A stretch of DNA of 64,000 bases from Eledone cirrhosa (lineage: Eukaryota). Position numbers and translations under genes: made by a program. Positions 48,722 to 64,000 of the stretch are shown in pieces. Location of the stretch: NCBI GenBank assembly GCA_964016885.1, contig OZ024760.1, positions 31,806,001-31,870,000 of the forward strand. Reading direction: 5' to 3'. How positions within the stretch are numbered: position 1 is the first letter of the stretch; the number at the start of each line of letters is the position of its first letter. Below the pieces are notes generated by a model. It was not told the DNA's origin and did no database searches. It saw nothing but the letters and a program-made list of their open reading frames with translations.

Positions 48722-51700
48722 TATGTTGTACTGTACTGTATGTTGTACTGTATGTATGTTGTACTGTATGTTGTACTGTATGTTGTACTGTATGTATGTT
48801 GTACTGTATGTTGTACTGTATGTTGTACTGTATGTTGTACTGTATGTTGTACTGTATGTTGTACTGTATGTTGTACTGTATGTTGTACTGTATGTTGTAC
48901 TGTATGTTGTACTGTATGTATGTTGTACTGTATGTTGTACTGTATGTTGTACTGTATGTATGTTGTACTGTATGTTGTACTGTATGTTGTACTGTATGTT
49001 GTACTGTATGTTGAACTGTATGTTGTACTGTATGTTGTACTGTATGTTGTACTGTATGTTGTACTGTATGTTGTACTGTATGTTGTACTGTATGTTGTAC
49101 TGTATGTTGTACTGTATGTATGTTGTACTGTATGTTGTACTGTATGTTGTACTGTATGTATGTTGTACTGTATGTTGTACTGTATGTTGTACTGTATGTT
49201 GTACTGTATGTATGTTGTACTGTATGTTGTACTGTATGTTGTACTGTATGTATGTTGTACTGTATGTTGTACTGTATGTTGTACTGTATGTTGTACTGTA
49301 TGTTGTACTGTATGTTGTACTGTATGTTGTACTGTATGTTGTACTGTATGTATGTTGTACTGTATGTTGTACTGTATGTTGTACTGTATGTTGTACTGTA
49401 TGTTGTACTGTATGTTGTACTGTATGTTGTACTGTATGTTGTACTGTATGTTGTACTGTATGTTGTACTGTATGTTGTACTGTATGTTGTACTGTATGTA
49501 TGTTGTACTGTATGTTGTACTGTATGTTGTACTGTATGTTGTACTGTATGTTGTACTGTATGTTGTACTGTATGTTGTACTGTATGTTGTACTGTACTGT
49601 ATGTTGTACTGTATGTATGTTGTACTGTATGTTGTACTGTATGTTGTACTGTATGTATGTTGTACTGTATGTTGTACTGTATGTTGTACTGTATGTATGT
49701 TGTACTGTATGTTGTACTGTATGTTGTACTGTATGTTGTACTGTATGTTGTACTGTATGTTGTACTGTATGTTGTACTGTATGTTGTACTGTATGTATGT
49801 TGTACTGTATGTTGTACTGTATGTTGTACTGTATGTTGTACTGTATGTTGTACTGTATGTTGTACTGTATGTTGTACTGTATGTTGTACTGTATGTTGTA
49901 CTGTATGTTGTACTGTATGTTGAACTGTATGTTGTACTGTATGTTGTACTGTATGTATGTTGTACTGTATGTTGTACTGTATGTTGTACTGTATGTTGTA
50001 CTGTATGTTGTACTGTATGTTGTACTGTATGTTGTACTGTATGTTGTACTGTATGTATGTTGTACTGTATGTTGTACTGTATGTTGTACTGTATGTTGTA
50101 CTGTATGTTGTACTGTATGTTGTACTGTATGTTGTACTGTATGTTGTACTGTATGTTGTACTGTATGTTGAACTGTATGTTGTACTGTATGTTGTACTGT
50201 ATGTATGTTGTACTGTATGTTGTACTGTATGTTGTACTGTATGTTGTACTGTATGTTGTACTGTATGTTGTACTGTATGTTGTACTGTATGTTGTACTGT
50301 ATGTTGTACTGTATGTATGTTGTACTGTATGTTGTACTGTATGTTGTACTGTATGTTGTACTGTATGTTGTACTGTATGTTGTACTGTATGTTGTACTGT
50401 ATGTTGTACTGTATGTTGTACTGTATGTTGTACTGTACTGTATGTTGTACTGTATGTATGTTGTACTGTATGTTGTACTGTATGTTGTACTGTATGTATG
50501 TTGTACTGTATGTTGTACTGTATGTTGTACTGTATGTATGTTGTACTGTATGTTGTACTGTATGTTGTACTGTATGTTGTACTGTATGTTGTACTGTATG
50601 TTGTACTGTATGTTGTACTGTATGTTGTACTGTATGTTGTACTGTATGTTGTACTGTATGTATGTTGTACTGTATGTTGTACTGTATGTTGTACTGTATG
50701 TTGTACTGTATGTTGTACTGTATGTTGTACTGTATGTTGTACTGTATGTTGTACTGTATGTTGTACTGTATGTTGTACTGTATGTTGAACTGTATGTTGT
50801 ACTGTATGTTGTACTGTACTGTATGTTGTACTGTATGTTGTACTGTATGTTGTACTGTATGTTGTACTGTATGTTGTACTGTATGTTGTACTGTATGTTG
50901 TACTGTATGTTGTACTGTATGTTGTACTGTATGTTGTACTGTATGTTGTACTGTATGTTGTACTGTATGTATGTTGTACTGTATGTTGTACTGTATGTTG
51001 TACTGTATGTTGTACTGTATGTTGTACTGTATGTTGTACTGTATGTTGTACTGTATGTATGTTGTACTGTATGTTGTACTGTATGTTGTACTGTATGTTG
51101 TACTGTATGTTGTACTGTATGTTGTACTGTATGTTGTACTGTATGTTGTACTGTACTGTATGTTGTACTGTATGTATGTTGTACTGTATGTTGTACTGTA
51201 TGTTGTACTGTATGTATGTTGTACTGTATGTTGTACTGTATGTTGTACTGTATGTATGTTGTACTGTATGTTGTACTGTATGTTGTACTGTATGTTGTAC
51301 TGTATGTTGTACTGTATGTTGTACTGTATGTTGTACTGTATGTTGTACTGTATGTTGTACTGTATGTTGTACTGTATGTATGTTGTACTGTATGTTGTAC
51401 TGTATGTTGTACTGTATGTTGTACTGTATGTTGTACTGTATGTTGTACTGTATGTTGTACTGTATGTTGTACTGTATGTTGTACTGTATGTTGTACTGTA
51501 TGTTGAACTGTATGTTGTACTGTATGTTGTACTGTATGTATGTTGTACTGTATGTTGTACTGTATGTTGTACTGTATGTTGTACTGTATGTTGTACTGTA
51601 TGTTGTACTGTATGTTGTACTGTATGTTGTACTGTATGTTGTACTGTATGTTGTACTGTATGTTGTACTGTATGTTGTACTGTATGTATGTTGTACTGTA

Positions 51701-54700
51701 TGTTGTACTGTATGTTGTACTGTATGTTGTACTGTATGTTGTACTGTATGTTGTACTGTATGTTGTACTGTATGTTGTACTGTATGTTGTACTGTATGTT
51801 GTACTGTATGTTGTACTGTATGTTGAACTGTATGTTGTACTGTATGTTGTACTGTATGTATGTTGTACTGTATGTTGTACTGTATGTTGTACTGTATGTT
51901 GTACTGTATGTTGTACTGTATGTTGTACTGTATGTTGTACTGTATGTTGTACTGTATGTTGTACTGTATGTATGTTGTACTGTATGTTGTACTGTATGTT
52001 GTACTGTATGTTGTACTGTATGTTGTACTGTATGTTGTACTGTATGTTGTACTGTATGTTGTACTGTATGTTGTACTGTATGTTGTACTGTACTGTATGT
52101 TGTACTGTATGTATGTTGTACTGTATGTTGTACTGTATGTTGTACTGTATGTATGTTGTACTGTATGTTGTACTGTATGTTGTACTGTATGTATGTTGTA
52201 CTGTATGTTGTACTGTATGTTGTACTGTATGTTGTACTGTATGTTGTACTGTATGTTGTACTGTATGTTGTACTGTATGTTGTACTGTATGTTGTACTGT
52301 ATGTATGTTGTACTGTATGTTGTACTGTATGTTGTACTGTATGTTGTACTGTATGTTGTACTGTATGTTGTACTGTATGTTGTACTGTATGTTGTACTGT
52401 ATGTTGTACTGTATGTTGTACTGTATGTTGTACTGTATGTTGAACTGTATGTTGTACTGTATGTTGTACTGTATGTATGTTGTACTGTATGTTGTACTGT
52501 ATGTTGTACTGTATGTTGTACTGTATGTTGTACTGTATGTTGTACTGTATGTTGTACTGTATGTTGTACTGTATGTTGTACTGTATGTTGTACTGTATGT
52601 TGAACTGTATGTTGTACTGTATGTTGTACTGTATGTATGTTGTACTGTATGTTGTACTGTATGTTGTACTGTATGTTGTACTGTATGTATGTTGTACTGT
52701 ATGTTGTACTGTATGTTGTACTGTATGTTGTACTGTATGTTGTACTGTATGTTGTACTGTATGTTGTACTGTATGTTGTACTGTATGTATGTTGTACTGT
52801 ATGTTGTACTGTATGTTGTACTGTATGTTGTACTGTATGTTGAACTGTATGTTGTACTGTATGTTGTACTGTATGTATGTTGTACTGTATGTTGTACTGT
52901 ATGTTGTACTGTATGTTGTACTGTATGTTGTACTGTATGTTGTACTGTATGTTGTACTGTATGTTGTACTGTATGTTGTACTGTATGTTGTACTGTATGT
53001 TGTAATGTATGTTGTACTGTATGTATGTTGTACTGTATGTTGTACTGTATGTTGTACTGTATGTTGTACTGTATGTTGTACTGTATGTTGTACTGTATGT
53101 TGTACTGTATGTTGTACTGTATGTTGTACTGTATGTTGTACTGTACTGTATGTTGTACTGTATGTATGTTGTACTGTATGTTGTACTGTATGTTGTACTG
53201 TATGTATGTTGTACTGTATGTTGTACTGTATGTTGTACTGTATGTATGTTGTACTGTATGTTGTACTGTATGTTGTACTGTATGTTGTACTGTATGTTGT
53301 ACTGTATGTTGTACTGTATGTTGTACTGTATGTTGTACTGTATGTTGTACTGTATGTATGTTGTACTGTATGTTGTACTGTATGTTGTACTGTATGTTGT
53401 ACTGTATGTTGTACTGTATGTTGTACTGTATGTTGTACTGTATGTTGTACTGTATGTTGTACTGTATGTTGTACTGTATGTTGTACTGTATGTTGAACTG
53501 TATGTTGTACTGTATGTTGTACTGTATGTATGTTGTACTGTATGTTGTACTGTATGTTGTACTGTATGTTGTACTGTATGTTGTACTGTATGTTGTACTG
53601 TATGTTGTACTGTATGTATGTTGTACTGTATGTTGTACTGTATGTTGTACTGTATGTTGTACTGTATGTTGTACTGTATGTTGTACTGTATGTTGTACTG
53701 TATGTTGTACTGTATGTTGTACTGTATGTTGTACTGTATGTTGTACTGTATGTTGAACTGTATGTTGTACTGTATGTTGTACTGTATGTATGTTGTACTG
53801 TATGTTGTACTGTATGTTGTACTGTATGTTGTACTGTATGTTGTACTGTATGTTGTACTGTATGTTGTACTGTATGTTGTACTGTATGTTGTACTGTATG
53901 TTGTACTGTATGTTGTACTGTATGTTGTACTGTATGTTGAACTGTATGTTGTACTGTATGTTGTACTGTATGTTGTACTGTATGTTGTACTGTATGTTGT
54001 ACTGTATGTATGTTGTACTGTATGTTGTACTGTATGTTGTACTGTATGTTGTACTGTATGTTGTACTGTACTGTATGTTGTACTGTATGTATGTTGTACT
54101 GTATGTTGTACTGTATGTTGTACTGTATGTTGTACTGTATGTTGTACTGTACTGTATGTTGTACTGTATGTATGTTGTACTGTATGTTGTACTGTATGTT
54201 GTACTGTATGTTGTACTGTATGTATGTTGTACTGTATGTTGTACTGTATGTTGTACTGTATGTTGTACTGTATGTATGTTGTACTGTATGTTGTACTGTA
54301 TGTTGTACTGTATGTTGTACTGTACTGTATGTTGTACTGTATGTATGTTGTACTGTATGTTGTACTGTATGTTGTACTGTATGTTGTACTGTACTGTATG
54401 TTGTACTGTATGTATGTTGTACTGTATGTTGTACTGTATGTTGTACTGTATGTTGTACTGTATGTTGAACTGTATGTTGTACTGTATGTTGTACTGTATG
54501 TTGTACTGTATGTTGTACTGTATGTATGTTGTACTGTATGTTGTACTGTATGTTGTACTGTATGTATGTTGTACTGTCTGTTGTACTGTATGTTGTACTG
54601 TATGTTGTACTGTATGTTGTACTGTATGTTGTACTGTATGTTGTACTGTATGTTGTACTGTATGTTGTACTGTATGTTGTACTGTATGTTGAACTGTATG

Positions 54701-57700
54701 TTGTACTGTATGTTGTACTGTATGTTGTACTGTATGTTGTACTGTATGTTGTACTGTATGTTATACTGTATGTTGTACTGTATGTATGTTGTACTGTATG
54801 TATGTTGTACTGTATGTTGTACTGTACAACATACATACAGTACAACATACAGTACAACATACAGTACAACATACAGTGCAACATACAGTACAACATACAG
54901 TACAACATACAGTACAACATACAGTACAACATACAGTACAACATACAGTACAACATACAGTACAACATACAGTACAACATACAGTACAACATACAGTACA
55001 ACATACAGTGCAACATACAGTACAACATACAGTACAACATACAGTACAACATACAGTACAACATACAGTACAACATACAGTACAACATACAGTACAACAT
55101 ACAGTACAACATACATACAGTACAACATACAGTGCAACATACAGTACAACATACAGTACAACATACAGTACAACATACAGTACAACATACATACAGTACA
55201 ACATACAGTACAACATGTACTGTATGTTGTACTGTATGTATGTTGTACTGTATGTATGTTGTACTGTATGTTGTACTGTATGTTGTACTGTATGTTGTAC
55301 TATATGTTGTACTGTATGTTGTACTGTATGTTGTACTGTATGTATGTTGTACTGTATGTTGTACTGTATGTTGTACTGTATGTTGTACTGTATGTTGTAC
55401 TGTATGTATGTTGTACTGTATGTTGTACTGTATGTTGTACTGTATGTTGTACTGTATGTTGTACTGTATGTATGTTGTACTGTATGTTGTACTGTATGTT
55501 GTACTGTATGTATGTTGTACTGTATGTTGTACTGTATGTTGTACTGTATGTATGTTGTACTGTATGTTGTACAACATACATACTGTATGTTGTACTGTAT
55601 GTTGTACTGTATGTTGTACTGTATGTTGTACTGTATGTATGTTGTACTGTATGTTGTACTGTATGTTGTACTGTATGTATGTTGTACTGTATGTTGTACT
55701 GTATGTTGTACTGTATGTTGTACTGTATGTTGTACTGTATGTATGTTGTACTGTATGTTGTACTGTATGTTGTACTGTATGTTGTACTGTATGTATGTTG
55801 TACTGTATGTTGTACTGTATGTTGTACTGTATGTTGTACTGTATGTTGCACTGTATGTTGTACTGTATGTATGTTGTACTGTATGTTGTACTGTATGTTG
55901 TACTGTATGTATGTTGTACTGTATGTTGTACTGTATGTTGTACTGTATGTTGTACTGTATGTATGTTGTACTGTATGTTGTACTGTATGTTGTACTGTAT
56001 GTTGTACTATATGTTGTACTGTATGTTGTACTGTATGTTGTACTGTATGTATGTTGTACTGTATGTTGTACTGTATGTTGTACTGTATGTTGTACTCTAT
56101 GTTGTACTGTATGTTGTACTGTATGTTGTACTGTATGTTGTACTGTATGTTGTACTGTATGTATGTTGTACTGTATGTTGTACTGTATGTTGTACTGTAT
56201 GTTGTACTGTATGTATGTTGTACTGTATGTTGTACTGTATGTTGTACTGTATATTGTACTGTATGTATGTTGTACTGTATGTTGTACTGTATGTTGTACT
56301 GTATGTTGTACTGTATGTTGTACTGTATGTTGTACTGTATGTATGTTGTACTGTATGTTGTACTGTATGTTGTACTGTATGTTGTACTGTATGTTGTACT
56401 GTATGTTGTACTGTATGTTGTACTGTATGTATGTTGTACTGTATGTTGTACTGTATGTTGTACTGTATGTTGTACTGTATGTTGTACTGTATGTTGTACT
56501 GTATGTTGTACTGTATGTATGTTGTACTGTATGTTGTACTGTATGTTGTACTGTATGTATGTTGTACTGTATGTTGTACTGTATGTATGTTGTACTGTAT
56601 GTTGTACTGTATGTATGTTGTACTGTATGTTATACTGTACTGTATGTTGTACTGTATGTTGTACTGTATGTATGTTGTACTGTATGTTGTACTGTATGTA
56701 TGTTGTACTGTATGTTGTACTGTATGTTGTACTGTATGTTGTACTGTATGTATGTTGTACTGTATGTTGTACTGTATGTTGTACTGTATGTATGTTGTAC
56801 TGTATGTTGTACTGTATGTATGTTGTACTGTATGTTGTACTGTATGTTGTACTGTATGTTGTACTTATGTTGTACTGTATGTTGTACTGTATGTATGTTG
56901 TACTGTATGTTTACTGTATGTATGTTGTACTGTATGTTGTACTGTATGTTTACTGTATGTATGTTGTACTGTATGTTGTACTGTATGTTGTACTGTATGT
57001 TGTACTGTATGTATGTTGTACTGTATGTTGTACTGTATGTTGTACTGTATGTATGTTGTACTGTATGTTGTACTGTATGTTGTACTGTACTGTATGTTGT
57101 ACTGTATGTATGTTGTACTGTATGTTATACTGTATGTTGTACTGTACTGTATGTTGTACTGTATGTTATACTGTATGTATGTTGTACTGTATGTTGTACT
57201 GTATGTTGTACTGTATGTATGTTGTACTGTATGTTGTACTGTATGTTGTACTGTATGTATGTTGTACTGTATGTATGTTGTACTGTATGTTGTACTGTAT
57301 GTTGTACTGTATGTATGTTGTACTGTATGTTGTACTGTATGTATGTTGTACTGTATGTTATACTGTATGTATGTTGTACTGTATGTTGTACTGTATGTTG
57401 TACTGTATGTTGTACTGTATGTTGTACTGTATGTATGTTGTACTGTATGTTGTACTGTATGTTATACTGTATGTATGTTGTACTGTATGTTGTACTGTAT
57501 GTTGTACTGTATGTTGTACTGTATGTTGTACTGTATGTTGTACTGTATGTTGTACTGTATGTATGTTGCACTGTATGTTGTACTGTATGTTGTACTGTAT
57601 GTTGTACTGTATGTTGTACTGTATGTATGTTGTACTGTATGTTGTACTGTATGTTGTACTGTATGTTGTACTGTATGTATGTTGTACTGTATGTTGTACT

Positions 57701-60700
57701 GTATGTTGTACTGTATGTTGTACTGTATGTTGTACTGTACTGTATGTTGTACTGTATGTATGTTGTACTGTATGTTGTACTGTATGTTGTACTGTATGTT
57801 GTACTGTATGTTGTACTGTACTGTATGTTGTACTGTATGTATGTTGTACTGTATGTTGTACTGTATGTTGTACTGTATGTTGTACTGTATGTATGTTGTA
57901 CTGTATGTTGTACTGTATGTTGTACTGTATGTTGTACTGTATGTATGTTGTACTGTATGTTGTACTGTATGTTGTACTGTATGTTGTACTGTATGTTGTA
58001 CTGTATGTTGTACTGTACTGTATGTTGTACTGTATGTATGTTGTACTGTATGTTGTACTGTATGTTGTACTGTATGTTGTACTGTATGTTATACTGTATG
58101 TTGTACTGTATGTATGTTGTACTGTATGTTGTACTGTATGTATGTTGTACTGTATGTTATACTGTATGTATGTTGTACTGTATGTTGTACTGTATGTTGT
58201 ACTGTATGTATGTTGTACTGTATGTTGTACTGTATGTATGTTGTACTGTATGTTGTACTGTATGTTGTACTGTATGTTGTACTGTATGTTGCACTGTATG
58301 TTGTACTGTATGTTGTACTGTATGTATGTTGCACTGTATGTTGTACTGTATGTTGTACTGTATGTTGTACTGTATGTTGTACTGTATGTTGTACTGTATG
58401 TTGTACTGTATGTTGTACTGTATGTTGTACTGTATGTTGTACTGTATGTTGTACTGTATGTTGTACTGTATGTTGTACTGTATGTTATACTGTATGTATG
58501 TTGTACTGTATGTTGTACTGTATGTTGTACTGTATGTATGTTGAACTGTATGTTGTACTGTATGTTGTACTGTATGTTGTACTGTATGTTGTACTGTATG
58601 TATGTTGTACTGTATGTTGTACTGTATGTTGTACTGTATGTTGTACTGTATGTTATACTGTATGTATGTTGTACTGTATGTTGTACTGTATGTTATACTG
58701 TATGTATGTTGTACTGTATGTTGTACTGTATGTTGTACTGTATGTATGTTGTACTGTATGTTGTACTGTATGTTGTACTGTATGTTGTACTGTATGTTGT
58801 ACTGTATGTTGTACTGTATGTTATACTGTATGTATGTTGTACTGTATGTATGTTGTACTGTATGTTGTACTGTATGTTGTACTGTATGTTGTACTGTATG
58901 TATGTTGTACTGTATGTTGTACTGTATGTTATACTGTATGTATGTTGTACTGTATGTTGTACTGTATGTTGTACTGTATGTTGTACTGTATGTTGTACTG
59001 TATGTTGTACTGTATGTATGTTGTACTGTATGTTGTACTGTATGTTGTACTGTATGTATGTTGTACTGTATGTTGTACTGTATGTTCTACTGTATGTTGT
59101 ACTGTATGTTGTACTGTATGTTGTACTGTATGTTGTACTGTATGTTGTACTGTATGTTGTACTGTATGTTGTACTGTATGTTGTACTGTATGTTGTACTG
59201 TATGTTGTACTATATGTTGTACTGTATGTTGAACTGTATGTTGTACTGTATGTTGTACTGTATGTTGTACTGTATGTTGTACTGTATGTATGTTGTACTA
59301 TATGTATGTTGTACTGTATGTTGTACTGTATGTTGTACTGTATGTATGTTGTACTGTATGTTGTACTGTATGTATGTTGTACTGTATGTTGTACTGTATG
59401 TTGTACTGTATGTTGTACTGTATGTATGTTGTACTGTATGTATGTTGTACTGTATGTTGTACTGTATGTTGTACTGTATGTTGTACTGTATGTTGTACTG
59501 TATGTTGTACTGTATGTTGTACTGTATGTTGTACTGTATGTATGTTGTACTGTATGTATGTTGTACTGTATGTTGTACTGTATGTTGTACTGTATGTATG
59601 TTGTACTGTATGTTGTACTGTATGTTGTACTGTATGTTGTACTGTATGTTGTACTGTATGTTGTACTGTATGTATGTTGTACTGTATGTTGTACTGTATG
59701 TTGTACTGTATGTTGTACTGTATGTTGTACTGTATGTTGTACTGTATGTTGTACTGTATGTTGTACTGTATGTTGTACTGTATGTTGTACTGTATGTATG
59801 TTGTACTGTATGTTGTACTGTATGTTGTACTGTATGTTGTACTGTATGTTGTACTGTATGTTGTACTGTATGTATGTTGTACTGTATGTTGTACTGTATG
59901 TTGTACTGTATGTTGTACTGTATGTTGTACTGTATGTTGTACTGTATGTTGTACTGTATGTTGTACTGTATGTTGTACTGTATGTTGTACTGTATGTATG
60001 TTGTACTGTATGTTGTACTGTATGTTGTACTGTATGTTGTACTGTATGTTGTACTGTATGTTGTACTGTATGTATGTTGTACTGTATGTTGTACTGTATG
60101 TTGTACTGTATGTTGTACTGTATGTTGTACTGTATGTTGTACTGTATGTTGTACTGTATGTTGTACTGTATGTTGTACTGTATGTATGTTGTACTGTATG
60201 TTGTACTGTATGTTGTACTGTATGTTGTACTGTATGTTGTACTGTATGTTGTACTGTATGTTGTACTGTATGTTGTACTGTATGTATGTTGTACTGTATG
60301 TTGTACTGTATGTTGTACTGTATGTTGTACTGTATGTTGTACTGTATGTTGTACTGTATGTTGTACTGTATGTATGTTGTACTGTATGTTGTACTGTATG
60401 TTGTACTGTATGTATGTTGTACTGTATGTTGTACTGTATGTATGTTATACTGTATGTTGTACTGTATGTATGTTGTACTGTATGTTGTACTGTATGTATG
60501 TTGTACTGTATGTTATACTGTATGTATGTTGTACTGTATGTTGTACTGTATGTTGTACTGTATGTATGTTGTACTGTATGTTGTACTGTATGTATGTTGT
60601 ATTGTATGTTGTACTGTATGTTGTACTGTATGTTGTACTGTATGTATGTTGTACTGTATGTATGTTGTACTGTATGTTGTACTGTATGTTGTACTGTATG

Positions 60701-63700
60701 TTGTACTGTATGTTGTACTGTATGTTGTACTGTATGTTGTACTGTATGTTGTACTGTATGTATGTTGTACTGTATGTTGTACTGTATGTTGTACTGTATG
60801 TATGTTGTACTGTATGTTGTACTGTATGTTGTACTGTATGTTGTACTGTATGTTGTACTGTATGTTGTACTGTATGTATGTTGTACTGTATGTTGTACTG
60901 TATGTTGTACTGTATGTTGTACTGTATGTTGTACTGTATGTTGTACTGTATGTTGTACTGTATGTTGTACTGTATGTATGTTGTACTGTATGTTGTACTG
61001 TATGTTGTACTGTATGTTGTACTGTATGTTGTACTGTATGTTGTACTGTATGTATGTTGTACTGTATGTTGTACTGTATGTTGTACTGTATGTTGTACTG
61101 TATGTTGTACTGTATGTTGTACTGTATGTTGTACTGTATGTTGTACTGTATGTTGTACTGTATGTTGTACTGTATGTATGTTGTACTGTATGTTGTACTG
61201 TATGTTGTACTGTATGTTGTACTGTATGTTGTACTGTATGTTGTACTGTATGTATGTTGTACTGTATGTTGTACTCTATGTTGTACTGTATGTTGTACTG
61301 TATGTTGTACTGTATGTTGTACTGTATGTTGTACTGTATGTATGTTGTACTGTATGTTGTACTGTATGTTGTACTGTATGTTGTACTGTATGTTGTACTG
61401 TATGTTGTACTGTATGTTGTACTGTATGTTGTACTGTATGTTGTACTGTATGTATGTTGTACTGTATGTTGTACTGTATGTTGTACTGTATGTTGTACTG
61501 TATGTTGTACTGTATGTTGTACTGTATGTTGTACTGTATGTATGTTGTACTGTATGTTGTACTGTATGTATGTTGTACTGTATGTTGTACTGTATGTATG
61601 TTGTACTGTATGTTATACTGTACTGTATGTTGTACTGTATGTTGTACTGTATGTATGTTGTACTGTATGTTGTACTGTATGTTGTACTGTATGTTGTACT
61701 GTATGTATGTTGTACTGTATGTTGTACTGTATGTTGTACTGTATGTATGTTGTACTGTATGTTGTACTGTATGTATGTTGTACTGTATGTTGTACTGTAT
61801 GTTGTACTGTATGTTGTACTGTATGTTGTACTGTATGTTGTACTGTATGTTGTACTGTATGTTGTACTGTATGTATGTTGTACTGTATGTTGTACTGTAT
61901 GTTGTACTGTATGTTGTACTGTATGTTGTACTGTATGTTGTACTGTATGTTGTACTGTATGTTGTACTGTATGTATGTTGTACTGTATGTTGTACTGTAT
62001 GTTGTACTGTATGTTGTACTGTATGTTGTACTGTATGTTGTACTGTATGTATGTTGTACTGTATGTTGTACTGTATGTTGTACTGTATGTTGTACTGTAT
62101 GTTGTACTGTATGTTGTACTGTATGTTGTACTGTATGTTGTACTGTATGTTGTACTGTATGTTGTGCTGTATGTTGTACTGTATGTTGTACTGTATGTAT
62201 GTTGTACTGTATGTTGTACTGTATGTTGTACTGTATGTTGTACTGTATGTTGTACTGTATGTTGTACTGTATGTATGTTGTACTGTATGTTGTACTCTAT
62301 GTTGTACTGTATGTTGTACTGTATGTTGTACTGTATGTTGTACTGTATGTTGTACTGTATGTATGTTGTACTGTATGTTGTACTGTATGTTGTACTGTAT
62401 GTTGTACTGTATGTTGTACTGTATGTTGTACTGTATGTTGTACTGTATGTTGTACTGTATGTTGTACTGTATGTATGTTGTACTGTATGTTGTACTGTAT
62501 GTTGTACTGTATGTTGTACTGTATGTTGTACTGTATGTTGTACTGTATGTTGTACTGTATGTATGTTGTACTGTATGTTGTACTGTATGTTGTACTGTAT
62601 GTATGTTGTACTGTATGTTGTACTGTATGTATGTTGTACTGTATGTTGTACTGTATGTATGTTGTACTGTATGTTATACTGTACTGTATGTTGTACTGTA
62701 TGTTGTACTGTATGTATGTTGTACTGTATGTTGTACTGTATGTTGTACTGTATGTTGTACTGTATGTATGTTGTACTGTATGTTGTACTGTATGTTGTAC
62801 TGTATGTATGTTGTACTGTATGTTGTACTGTATGTATGTTGTACTGTATGTTGTACTGTATGTTGTACTGTATGTTGTACTTATGTTGTACTGTATGTTG
62901 TACTGTATGTATGTTGTACTGTATGTTTACTGTATGTATGTTGTACTGTATGTTGTACTGTATGTTTACTGTATGTATGTTGTACTGTATGTTGTACTGT
63001 ATGTTGTACTGTATGTTGTACTGTATGTATGTTGTACTGTATGTTGTACTGTATGTTGTACTGTATGTATGTTGTACTGTATGTTGTACTGTATGTTGTA
63101 CTGTACTGTATGTTGTACTGTATGTATGTTGTACTGTATGTTGTACTGTATGTTGTACTGTACTGTATGTTGTACTGTATGTTATACTGTATGTATGTTG
63201 TACTGTATGTTGTACTGTATGTTGTACTGTATGTATGTTGTACTGTATGTTGTACTGTATGTATGTTGTACTGTATGTATGTTGTACTGTATGTTGTACT
63301 GTATGTTGTACTGTATGTATGTTGTACTGTATGTTGTACTGTATGTATGTTGTACTGTATGTTATACTGTATGTATGTTGTACTGTATGTTGTACTGTAT
63401 GTTGTACTGTATGTTGTACTGTATGTTGTACTGTATGTTGTACTGTATGTATGTTGTACTGTATGTTGTACTGTATGTTATACTGTATGTATGTTGTACT
63501 GTATGTTGTACTGTATGTTGTACTGTATGTTGTACTGTATGTTGTACTGTATGTTGTACTGTATGTTGTACTGTATGTATGTTGCACTGTATGTTGTACT
63601 GTATGTTGTACTGTATGTTGTACTGTATGTTGTACTGTATGTTGTACTGTATGTTGTACTGTATGTTGTACTGTATGTATGTTGTACTGTATGTTGTACT

Positions 63701-64000
63701 GTATGTTGTACTGTATGTTGTACTGTATGTATGTTGTACTGTATGTTGTACTGTATGTTGTACTGTATGTTGTACTGTATGTTGTACTGTACTGTATGTT
63801 GTACTGTATGTATGTTGTACTGTATGTTGTACTGTATGTTGTACTGTATGTTGTACTGTATGTTATACTGTATGTTGTACTGTATGTATGTTGTACTGTA
63901 TGTTGTACTGTATGTATGTTGTACTGTATGTTGTACTGTATGTATGTTGTACTGTATGTTGTACTGTATGTTGTACTGTATGTATGTTGTACTGTATGTT
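48722..64000. repeat. 12-bp satellite (TATGTTGTACTG)n, more than 15 kb, running off the window end
   Basis: Read directly. Punctuated by +TATG and +TACTG slippage variants, point variants and two inverted blocks. Confidence 0.98.

Noticed and set aside
48492-63587. Very long ORFs (up to 2361 aa) on both strands
   Set aside because: The 12-bp monomer has no stop codon in any frame. The products are MLYC/VVLY/CCTV and YSTT/VQHT/IQYN repeats, so these are artefacts.

Overview
This is AT-rich, repeat-saturated eukaryotic DNA with no credible host gene, tRNA/rRNA gene or CRISPR array. The repeat families look like those of an octopod cephalopod; that is inferred from recalled repeat families, not from a search. 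The window holds: (i) many decayed RTE-clade LINE copies of two subfamilies with (GAT)n tails and a PHD-type C4HC3 finger after the RT core; (ii) tRNA-derived SINEs; (iii) fragments of CR1/L2-like, CRE-like (RLE) and Penelope-like (Naiad/Chlamys-type GIY-YIG) retroelements; (iv) a deleted Tc1/mariner element, two non-autonomous Helitrons, a solo LTR, a 4.8-kb TIR element and two TTAA-flanked MITEs with internal satellite arrays; (v) a 37-bp satellite of about 2.9 kb and a 12-bp satellite of more than 15 kb. The most striking structure is a dense set of minimal type I hammerhead ribozyme (HHR) motifs, four with intact catalytic cores and about eight decayed or half copies. Most sit in short insertions in or beside (TA)n tracts. 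Several of these insertions are fold-back palindromes whose turning point falls on a hammerhead hairpin, which suggests ribozyme-structure-primed snap-back during Penelope-type retrotransposition. All RNA folds were paired by eye, no database search was run, and element boundaries are approximate unless a TIR or TSD is cited.
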